A stretch of DNA of 64,000 bases from Narcine bancroftii (taxonomy: Eukaryota), in assembly GCF_036971445.1 (NCBI RefSeq), contig NC_091478.1, positions 89,652,001-89,716,000 of the forward strand. The letters are read 5' to 3'. Numbering within the stretch: the first letter of the stretch is position 1; the number at the start of each line of letters is the position of its first letter. Below, in pieces: positions 1-9,376 of this stretch. The position numbers were made by a program, and so were the translations under genes. The notes beneath the pieces are model-generated. The model saw only the letters and a list, made by a program, of their open reading frames with translations. It searched no databases and was not told where the DNA came from.

Positions 1-690
1 TCCCCCTAGTCACCTAGTGTTCATGGATTTGCCTTCAGAACTACTGCAGCCTCTGCTGTCATGCAAGACTCTAGTTCATTTCAAACTACCTGAGCCCAGA
101 TCTAAACCTCCAACTTAATGAGGAAGCCTTCAGCGCCCAGGGTCCTTCGGAGCCCTCCTTGCTCTCACCTTTCTCTCGAATCCCGGTTCCAATACCTGGT
201 TCTCAAGAGGCAATTTCCAGCAGCCCGCAGCCTGGTTTGACCTCATCACCAGCAGTCTGCAGCTTGTATGGATTTGTCCCCCACAATTCACCAACATCTC
301 GCCACCGGTGTGTGTCCTTCAGCTGCAGAGCCCCTGGCTGGTTCGCCACCATGATCATCGTCCTCGGGGATGTCTCCTCTGCTTCTCCTTCTCAACTGGG
401 GATGTTCTCCCCATAACTGATGCCCTGCACCTATCCACTGCTCCCCTGAGGCTACAATCCTGTGATGCCCCTGCCAAACACAGATACCTCCATCTTGGGT
501 CCAGACCCCGTGGTTGTAGGATTTTAAATAAAACACCGTCGGGTCCTTTAATAGGCCGTTTAAACCATGTATGGAGCCGTCGGCAGCAGGATGGAGTGGA
601 GAACACCGCAGGGGAGAGCTGTGTCTCTGCTTCCCACTCTCCCCGTTTCTGCTGTTGTAGAAGCTCCAGCCACGTCTTAATTATTTTTAA
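1..690 (-). repeat. GC-rich non-autonomous retroelement (5' part), same family as 35905-36660
   Basis: 513-562 gttgtaggattttaaataaaacaccgtcgggtcctttaataggccgtttaaa aligns with 36482-36534 gttgcaggattttacttacaaacttcgtcggctcctttaacaggctgtttaaa; both are followed by a cccactctcc motif. Confidence 0.5.
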
Positions 691-1269
691 TTAAACCCAC
701 TATTTCAACAAAAATGACGATAATTGTGGCCAACGTTTTCTTAAAGATGGAAATAATCTTGAACACATGACAGTAAATATGTTCAAAAGATGTGAAGAAT
801 GATCCCCTCAGCTGTCTAGGTGTCGAGCCCCCTTCAGTCTGGCAAACCCTCAGGTAATATAGACCAAATCGGCACTCTCCTCTAACGACAGTACCAACAA
901 GCCCAGAACCATCAAGTTGCTTTTTTTGAGCCCAGTGACCTCATGTTTGATATCCATTTCCATTCCAGTTGCTATCACACCAGCATTGGTTATCATTTCA
1001 ACTCTGGATTACAGGATGTCCATAGCATATCGTAGTCATAAAGTTAGACAGTACTGAAACAGGCCCTTCCACCCATTGTATCCAGGCTGACCTATTTGTA
1101 CTAATTATAGTTATCAGCACTTTGTCTGTAGGCATCTATGTTCTTGTATTTCAAATAGATTCCTACCTCTAACACCCTATCAAACAATGCACCCCACGCT
1201 CCAACCACATTTAAACCACTAACCCAGTGGTTCTCAATCTTTTTCTGTCCACTCACATACCCCCTTACT

Positions 1270-2471
1270 CTTCTTTCTTTGGCTTGGCTTCGTGGACGAA
1301 GATTTATGGAGGGGGTAAAAAGTCCACGTCAGCTGCAGGCTCGTTTGTGGCTGACAAGTCCGATGCGGGACAGGCAGACACGGTTGCAGCGGCTGCAGGG
1401 GAAAATTGGTTGGTTGGGGATGGGTGTTGGGTTTTTCCTCCTTTGCCTTTTGTCAGTGAGGTGGGCTCTGCGGTCTTCTTCAAAGGAGGTTGCTGCCCGC
1501 CAAACTGTAAGGCGCCAAGATGCACGGTTTGAGGCGATATCAGCCCACTGGCGGTGGTCAATGTGGCAGGCACCAAGAGATTTCTTTAGGCAGTCCTTGT
1601 ACCTTTTCTTTGGTGCACCTCTGTCACGGTGGCCAGTGGAGAGCTCGCCATAGAACACGATCTTGGGAAGGCGATGGTCCTCCATTCTGGAGACGTGACC
1701 CACCCAGCGCAGCTGGATCTTTAGCAGCGTGGACTCGATGCTGTCGACCTCTGCCATCTCGAGTACTTCGACGTTAGGGATGAAAGCGCTCCAATGGATG
1801 TTGAGGATGGAGCGGAGACAACGCTGGTGGAAGCGTTCTAGGAGCCGTAGGTGATGCCGGTAGAGGACCCATGATTCGGAGCCGAACAGGAGTGTGGGTA
1901 TGACAACGGCTCTGTATACGCTTATCTTTCTGAGGTTTTTCAGTTGGTTGTTTTTCCAGACTCTTTTGTGTAGTCTTCCAAAGGTGCTATTTGCCTTGGC
2001 GAGTCTGTTGTCTATCTCATTGTCGATCCTTGCATCTGATGAAATGGTGCAGCCAAGATAGGTAAACTGGTTGACCGTTTTGAGTTTTGTGTGCCCAATG
2101 GAGATGTGGGGGTGCTGGTAGTCATGGTGGGGAGCTGGCTGATGGAGGACCTCAGTTTTCTTCAGGCTGACTTCCAGGCCAAACATTTTGGCAGTTTCCG
2201 CAAAGCAGGACGTCAAGCGCTGAAGAGCTGGCTCTGAATGGGCAACTAAAGCGGCATCGTCTGCAAAGAGTAGTTCACGGACAAGTTTCTCTTGTGTCTT
2301 GGTGTGAGCTTGCAGGCGCCTCAGATTGAAGAGACTGCCATCCGTGCGGTACCGGATGTAAACAGCGTCTTCATTGTTGAGGTCTTTCATGGCTTGGTTC
2401 AGCATCATGCTGAAGAAGATTGAAAAGAGGGTTGGTGCTAGAACACAGCCTTGCTTTACACCATTGTTAAT
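1270..2471 (-). mobile_element. Young 5'-truncated RTE-clade LINE (RTE/BovB-like)
   Basis: Uninterrupted frame from INNGVKQGCVLAP through LLFADDAAL and YLG to the C-terminal CxxC-x8-H finger (CSRCNRVCLSRIGLVSHKRAC), with a short 3' UTR and (aaga)n tail. Confidence 0.95.
1329..2408 (-). CDS. RTE reverse transcriptase C-terminal half plus zinc finger (open but 5'-truncated, 359 aa)
   Basis: ORF track; RT motifs FADD and FTYLG; RTE-typical QLRWVGHVSRMEDHRLPKIVFYGEL. Confidence 0.85.
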   Translation of the reverse strand: MMLNQAMKDLNNEDAVYIRYRTDGSLFNLRRLQAHTKTQEKLVRELLFADDAALVAHSEPALQRLTSCFAETAKMFGLEVSLKKTEVLHQPAPHHDYQHPHISIGHTKLKTVNQFTYLGCTISSDARIDNEIDNRLAKANSTFGRLHKRVWKNNQLKNLRKISVYRAVVIPTLLFGSESWVLYRHHLRLLERFHQRCLRSILNIHWSAFIPNVEVLEMAEVDSIESTLLKIQLRWVGHVSRMEDHRLPKIVFYGELSTGHRDRGAPKKRYKDCLKKSLGACHIDHRQWADIASNRASWRLTVWRAATSFEEDRRAHLTDKRQRRKNPTPIPNQPIFPCSRCNRVCLSRIGLVSHKRACS

Positions 2472-3797
2472 CCCTTACTAACTACAGAGCACCTTAGCAT
2501 CCTATGCCATAGGGTCCCTGTGGTTAGCAAGGGATTACTTAAGGTGGCATGTGAGTGGAAAAAAGGTTGAGAACGAATGTACTATCTGTACTATTTATGC
2601 CCCTTTTAATCTGTTTGGCTCTGTTAGGTATCCCCTCAGCATCATCCAATCCAAGGAAAACAAACTCAACCGATGTAGTCTCTCTTCATAATCAAGTCCT
2701 CCACTTCAGGCAAAATCCTAGTGAAACTTCTTGTGCACTCTCTCCACTGCAATCCAGTCCTTCCTGTTCTGCGGCAGCTAGAACTATACAAAGTACAGTC
2801 ATAAGTGCTAAACAATGAACAAAGACTTCCCCTTTAATCAGCTTCAATGTTATCTCAAGTGAATGCTCACAGTCTGTTTTCTTGGCCTGTGTGTGAATGG
2901 GTTAGATTGAGCATGTTATTTTCCCAGTGCCTGCTGGTACATCAAATTTCAGTCAATCCTTGCAGCCGCACCTCACTAGTAAAACACCATTCCTCACAAC
3001 TGGTCACCAGTCAGCATTGGTTCCCCAATGTAGAGAAGACCAGGTCATGAGCACAAAATGCAACATCTTAAATTGAAAGAAACCCAATTAAATCAAATTG
3101 ACTACAATGTTTTGCTTCACTTTGACAGCTTATGTGAGGTGACCAGCACCCCCCCCCCCCCACCCCCACCTTCCTGCAATGCAGAATGAGATGGTAGTAA
3201 TGTTGACTGTCATTAAGGCCTTTCCTGCTTTTAATGACAAATAATTAATATATTTTAGACCCCTGACATGCAACAGATGTATCAGAGAGTCTGGACACCT
3301 TCTGGTTCTGTCAAAGCTGCTGCTGAGCAGCCACCTTGTGAATGTTTCCTACTCTTCAGAGACTGATGAACCCCTCTATCTAAAGACTGGATTAGAACAA
3401 TAATTCCTCCCCACCCCCCTACCTGATCTTCCAGCTGTGGTATTCCAATTAGTAATATAGCTTTTCGTCCTCTCTTCGTGATAATGAGGCTTTGAGAGGG
3501 AAAGTTCAGCAGGTTAGTGCAGCTCTTGTGGTCCCAGTCTGTCCAACATGTACAAGTGCAGTTGTATCTATCTATATCTGCTCAATGCTTCAGTCTGGGA
3601 GTAATTACAGCACCATCTCTGGAAAAGGCAAGAATGGCAGGCATTCCCAGACATGTTGTGGCACTTCTGTTTGATTTCCATAGTGCATTACCAACACAAC
3701 TGACTTTGGCCTGACTTGTTATGGTGCAGTTGCTGTTGTTAAGCTGTTTTTATGTGAGTGCCAATTGATGTGAACCAGCTGTAAGTTTGCAATGAAT

Positions 3798-3807
3798 TGA
3801 TTGACAG
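3798..3807 (+). promoter_or_regulatory. PBX-MEIS/PREP decamer TGATTGACAG
   Basis: Exact match, with further TGACAG/CTGTCA at 3123, 3207 and 3308 in non-repeat sequence. Confidence 0.35.
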
Positions 3808-3913
3808 ATCATATCAGCCTGCAGTTTGATTCCATGTGGTGGGGTATCTTAGCATTAGACTGGGTAGCATATCTTCCTGATCCAGACAATCAAATAACCC
3901 CATTGATTTCAAT

Positions 3914-4130
3914 GGGTAAAGGTTCGATTATTGACACGCAATACTTCATTTAGAATGTAACATACATGAAATTCTTTAACTTTTGTAAGGCAGACAGAGA
4001 GTGGCCACTTTGTCCAGCACTCCTCACATAAACCTATAGCATATCGTGTAACTACGCAGTCTCCCCCTCCGGGTACTGACCAGTCCTGTGCCTGCTTAGC
4101 TTCCAAGATCAGACAATCCAATGGGATTCC
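3914..4130 (-). mobile_element. 5S rRNA-derived SINE (SINE3-type), copy 1
   Basis: Reverse complement reads gtctgatcttggaagctaagcaggcacaggactggtcagtac..ggagactgcg..tgctataggttt (5S with box A/IE/C region), followed by the same ~125-bp tail as copy 2. Confidence 0.85.
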
Positions 4131-4604
4131 AGTCCGGAAATTAGGAGGACAAAGATAAGGGAAGCAATTTAGTTTTTACTTATTTTAAAATTTGTAATTA
4201 GTGGTGTTTGAATTCGGATTTAAATTGCTTTATTTTTAATTTGTTTCCAATAAGTTTGAATGTTTAAATTTTTTTTTTAAATAGTCACAGCAGAGGTACC
4301 ACCCAAACCTGTTAAAAGCTACCATGGCGTTGAAGGGATGATGAGCTGCCTGAGGCCTTCTTGTCACTGAAGCCTCACCAAAACTGCACCAAGTTCCTCC
4401 TGGGTGCAGCAGGTCAGCTGGATCAATCGCCGCATTTAGGTCAGTTCAGGCAGATGAGTCCGAGCACAAGCTGGCATCCATCCCTGTTTCATCCATTGCC
4501 AAGCAATATCCTACAGTGTTCTACACAAGCAATTATTACCAACAGCATCTTTGAGATAAAGTCAGGAGCAAACAAATAATTTCGCTGAATTGTACTTTCA
4601 ATAC

Positions 4605-4690
4605 TATCCATACAAGCCATTTTAGGCAATGAGTCCTTGCCGCCCAATTTACACCCAATTAACCTACACCCTGGTACGTTTTGAACGAAA
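4605..4690 (-). mobile_element. 3' fragment of an HE1-like V-SINE
   Basis: gccgcccaatttacacccaattaacctacaccctggtacgttttgaac matches the tail of the SINEs at 20030 and 23145. Confidence 0.5.
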
Positions 4691-5247
4691 TGAAGACAAA
4701 ATTAAATGTTTATCTGAATATAAGTGGTACAAATTCAAATGAACCTATCATGTATGTAAATTATTGAACACTGTCACATATCTTTTATGCAGAAATGCTA
4801 TTTCAAAAGCGTTGAAAACAAATGCTATAGTTCCCTTTCTATCATGGACGAGTACACTCAGAATATGTTTTTATTTTATCTTATTGGGATACTGAAAATG
4901 ACCAACATCTAACTTCACCATTACAAGTCGCAGAGAAATAGGGCTTAATTTTTCAGCAAGAGTACAGATGCAGTGGGACCAAAACTACCATGTGACATGA
5001 ATCGATCCCAATGCCATGCAACTCACCATGAACTAAAGCAATTTTTAAAAACTTATTTTTAAGATGAGGGTATGACATTTATTGCCCATTCCTAAAAGCT
5101 CTTGAGATGCCTTCTTGAATAGCTATGGTCCTGGGGTGAATGTACTCCAACAGTTCTCTTGTGTAGGGAGTTCCATGATATAGATCCAATCAGGTGTAGA
5201 AATAGATGACACACTTCCAGGAAAATCTGGAGATGTCCTGATTATAT

Positions 5248-5406
5248 TAAAATCACAGAAATGCTGAAGGATTTCAGCAGGTCCTGCAGTGACCAGTGGT
5301 TGTCAAGGTGGACACCTTGAAGAATGGGCTCATGCCTGAAACGCCAGTGATCTTTACCTCCTATGGGTGCGGCAAGGTGGTTCTCAAAGCATTTATGTGT
5401 TTTTAT
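5248..5406. mobile_element. Penelope-like terminal repeat remnant with inverted ends
   Basis: Inverted ends aaaatcacagaaatgct / agcatttatgtgttttta; contains ttgaagaatgggctcatgcctgaaacg, the same motif as the other PLE ends. Confidence 0.55.
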
Positions 5407-6839
5407 TCAGAAAGGATATCTGTGAGGAGGGATATTGGTGAATAAGTATCACTTGATAGCACTGTTAGTGTGAACATGCAAATTTTTGCTGATATTTGAG
5501 AGCAGACTAATTGTACTGTGATTTGCCGGTTTGGATCCATAATGATCTATGATCATCTGGCTTGCTATAAATTTCATTACAATGTGAACTTTAAATAGTT
5601 CACTGAAAGCTATTTTGGAATTTTAAGTAATTTCTGACAGTTTTTGTCATCTTCTGACAAAACCTTGTTAAGTCCCCTTCCCCTTTGATGGATTACTGCT
5701 GGGCTCTCTACTTGGTGTGTCTACTCTCTTGCCTCTCCCGTCACTAAGTTCCAGGCCCCCCAGACACATCAGTATTTTGGCAGAGTGACTGTTTGGAGGG
5801 ATATTCAAAGTTCTATAATCCTAACCCAGGAAAGAAGAGTTAAAACCAGGTATGTTAGAAATACCCATAATGTCAGTCAGCATCTAGATTGTTTTCAGCA
5901 AAAAGAGGATTTTCTAATGCAGAGCCACTGTCCATGACTGACCTATACTCAGTGGGGTTTAGAATGAGAGGTATAATCAAAATGTTGTAAACCATAGTGA
6001 TTAGAAAGCCAAAGATTGATTTGTTCGACTAAATAGGCAGAGATAAGGTGCGATCTCATATTTAGGACAGAGACAATTAACAATGTCTCTACTCAGATAG
6101 TTGTTAATCTTTGGAATTCTCCACCACAGATAGTTATGGAAGGACAGTCACTGGGTATGTTCAGGAATGACATCAACAAGATTTTAGACATGAAGAGAAT
6201 CAACAGGTATGAGAATAAGGTAGACAGAAAATGTAGAGGGATATGAAGTCTATATTGTGGCTGAAAGTTCCTGTAAGCATTATCAAGAAAACAAAAAATA
6301 TTTTTCGGAAGCGTCAGAATTGCTAAAACACTGGCAAGTACAATTACATGGTACACATACACGACGTAGCTCAGATAGGACATTCACCAACTCATCATCT
6401 TATTAATTCATGCAGCAGGCATGAGTGGCTTATTTGTTCTTTGGCATTATGTTCTCCGTGGATAAGAGTTAATGCTTGAAATCAATGGCCTCTCAACAAA
6501 AATAGTAAAAGATGGAATAAATCAGTAGCAGGGAGGGATGTTCCGGTGTTTGTTGTGAATATTCTTTTCTCCATTAACAATAAAGAACCAATTTCTTGAT
6601 ATTTGGACTACGTCAACACCAAGTGTCTTTATCAGGAGGCCACCAGAGGAAACAGCAAGATGAAGCATTTGAGCATGTGAAGATCCAAGTTGCCATAATT
6701 TCCGCCTCAGCTTTTATGATCCAAGACATTTTTATTGGATTTTAATTTTACAGAAATACATTAATGCAGTTCATATATTTTTTAGTTGGATGACTTTTAT
6801 TGTGATTTTAAAATTGATTTGGGATCAGTTTAGTTAGAA

Positions 6840-7078
6840 CCCTTATAGTCTGAATTTGCCTGAGATTGTCTGATCTCGGAAGCTACAGCAGGCTCAGGCG
6901 TGGTCAGTAATTGGAAGGGAGACTGCATTGGTATACCAGGTGCTGTAGGTTTCTGTGAGGGGTGCTGGACAAAGTGGCGATTCTCTGTCTGCCTTACAGT
7001 AGACAAGAGTTAAAGAATTTCATGTATGTTACATTCTAAAAGCAGTATTACGTGACAATAATGGAACCTTTACCTTTT
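6840..7078 (+). mobile_element. 5S rRNA-derived SINE (SINE3-type), copy 2
   Basis: 6868-6952 gtctgatctcggaagctacagcaggctcaggcgtggtcagtaattggaagggagactgc..ataccaggtgctgtaggttt is homologous to vertebrate 5S rRNA. It runs directly into a non-5S tail shared with copy 1. Confidence 0.88.
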
Positions 7079-7336
7079 AAGTTTAATAGTTCTGAGTTTT
7101 CATGATGACAAGTTGCTTTCAGTCTTACACCATTGAAAAGGTAGTTATTACCCCTGATTAATTTTCGTCAAGGTGTCCAAGGTCAGCTCATTTGTATATT
7201 GTTTCAGGCAAAGGCAATTGATGAAAAGATGGCGGCATTGAGGTCACATGATACAGGGAGAGTAGGAGGAGGTAGAATCCCAGAGCTCTCAGGATCATAA
7301 GAAAATAAACTGAGGAACAACTTCAAACGAGCTGCC

Positions 7337-7378
7337 AGAATAACAATAAGGGATGTTAGAATAACAATAAGGGATGTG
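7337..7378 (+). repeat. 21-bp tandem duplication in the L1 5' UTR
   Basis: agaataacaataagggatgtt / agaataacaataagggatgtg. Confidence 0.9.
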
Positions 7379-8190
7379 GGAAGAAGTCTAGGATAAAATA
7401 ATGACAAAAAAAAGCAAACTGACAAGTAAAAACGCAAAGGAATCAGCGTTGAAACAAGAGACCCAACTCGAGGTGCCTCGTGATAAGGAAATGGCAGAGC
7501 CAATTCGAGGCCCAATGAAGGAGTCGAACCCACCCAGCCGTGAAGATGGGACCTGGGGTAAGACAGCACTGCAAACCAGCAAGTGGCGGCTGTAAGCCCT
7601 ACAGGAGCCCTTGGGGAGAGGGAAAGGCTTGGGACACCCCCTGTCCCGCAATGAGAATGCCAGGTTGTTCGCCCTCACGACGCATGTGATGCCCGTGGTG
7701 AAGCTGGCGTCTGTAGCAGTCACGGGGCGGAGAGGCTGGGGAGCACGGAGTGTAGACTAGGCCGAAAATCTAAAAAGCCGAGAGAAGCCAGATTCGGCAC
7801 CAATGTCGGGGTGAGCAACATGACTTACCTCGGTTCCAGTGGCGGATCCAGTACCAGACCGCACAGTGCAGCGGGCTGTGACAAGCTCCAGCAGCGGGTC
7901 CAGTGATGGATCGGAGGAGGCGATGAGTGTCAGCAGTGGGAGCGATGGGTCCAGGAGATGTGAGGAGGACCCTGACAGTGATGGAGGAGTTGGAGGAAGG
8001 CCTTAAAAAAAACTTTATTGAGGCAAAGCATACAGAGGGGCTCGGAGCCCTCCCTGCGAGATGTGATGGAGGCATTGGGCATCGTGGAGGACAGACTCTC
8101 ACAGGCAGTGGTCAAAAGAGCTCAGGACATGGGAGTAAAATTAGTCAAAATGCAGGGTACCCTCTCAGGACTGATGGGAAGGATGACAGA

Positions 8191-8746
8191 AGAAACTTGT
8201 CCGTGAACTACTCTTTGCAGATGATGCCGCTTTAGTTGCCCATTCAGAGCCAGCTCTTCAGCGCTTGACGTCCTGCTTTGCGGAAACTGCCAAAAGATAA
8301 GCGTATACAGAGCCGTTGTCATACCCACACTCCTGTTCGGCTCCGAATCATGGGTCCTCTACCGGCACCACCTACGGCTCCTAGAACGCTTCCACCAGCG
8401 TTGTCTCCGCTCCATCCTCAACATCCATTGGAGCGCTTACACCCCTAACGTCGAAGTACTCGAGATGGCAGAGGTCGACAGCATCGAGTCCACGCTGCTG
8501 AAGATCCAGCTGCGCTGGATGGGTCACGTCTCCAGAATGGAGGACCATCGCCTTCCCAAGATCGTGTTATATGGCGAGCTCTCCACTGGCCACCGTGACA
8601 GAGGTGCACCAAAGAAAAGGTACAAGGACTGCCTAAAGAAATCTCTTGGTGCCTGCCACATTGACCACCGCCAGTGGGCTGATAACGCCTCAAACCGTGC
8701 ATCTTGGCGCCTCACAGTTTGGCGGGCAGCAACCTCCTTTGAAGAA
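8191..8746 (+). mobile_element. Internal RTE fragment (same family as 1270-2471) with a ~259-bp internal deletion and no 3' end
   Basis: Near-identical to the reverse complement of ~2290-2189 and ~1929-1477; deletion junction ctgccaaaagataagcg at ~8293. Confidence 0.92.
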
Positions 8747-9376
8747 ATAATCAATAAAGATCAAATGAGCTTTGAACAAAAAAGGCAGGTAGCGGATAAC
8801 GTTGGCAGACTACCAAGTATAATACATCTGGCGCAAACCAGAAATGAGAGGGGTCTTGCAATGGCTCTCGATGCAGAAAAGGCATTTGATAGATTAGAGT
8901 GGGGATTTTTATTTAAAGAAGTGGAAAAAATAGGGTTTGAGCCCTCTTTTATTAATTGGATAAAGGTGCTAAACAATGCACCAAAAGCGAAGGTTGTCAC
9001 TAACACGCAAATTTCTTCAGCCTTCCCACTAACAAGATCAAGTAGACAGGGATGCCCACTATCTCCAGCTCTGTTTGTACTGGCTATGGAGCCATTGCCT
9101 AAGACTATTTGCCAGGATCCAGACATTAAGGGGTTTCAAGTAGGCCAGGAAGAACATAAGCTCAGTTCATTTGCCGATGATGTACTGATATATTTTACAG
9201 ACCTAGTAAACTCGTTGTCCAAACTGGCTCTACTTTGGAAGACTATGGGGAAATTTCCGGGTACAAGATCAATTGGGACAAGAGTGAAATTATGCCACTT
9301 ACAGGAGCGGTCTATAGACATTGTCAAAAAAAATAGTTATTTATTAAGGGGCTGCAAAATGGAATTAACTGTCTAG
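8465..9376 (+). pseudogene. Chimeric ORF: RTE post-RT segment fused in frame to the L1 reverse transcriptase
   Basis: First ~94 aa are RTE (MAEVDSIES..RAATSFEE), then IINKDQ..DAEKAFD..RQGCPLSP..FADD from L1; a frameshift follows FADD. Confidence 0.75.

Larger units (their letters stand above)
1225..2579. mobile_element. hAT/Charlie-type palindromic MITE split by the RTE insertion (arms 1225-1269 and ~2468-2579)
   Basis: TIRs cagtggttctcaa (1225) and ttgagaacgaatg (ending 2579); long internal inverted symmetry ccactcacat / atgtgagtgg. Confidence 0.75.
1035..2815 (-). mobile_element. Old CR1 LINE 3' fragment, interrupted by a hAT MITE and an RTE
   Basis: Shark-type CR1 3' end in reverse (tcataaagttagacagtactgaaacaggcccttc) at ~1035-1200, resuming after 2580 (caggcaaaatcctagtgaaacttcttgtgcactctctcc). 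Confidence 0.55.

Noticed and set aside
1227-1777. Plus-strand ORFs of 85-124 aa (and their mirrors at 8445-8754)
   Set aside because: Antisense shadows of the GC-rich RTE coding sequence.
1262-2479. 8-bp TSD cccttact around the RTE
   Set aside because: The MITE itself contains cctta twice here (compare the opposite arm) and the left ct can come from the RTE tail, so the repeat is ambiguous.
6840-6952. Functional 5S rRNA gene
   Set aside because: The 5' end is diverged, there are many substitutions and no tandem array, and it is fused to a tail shared with a second dispersed copy. It is a SINE head.
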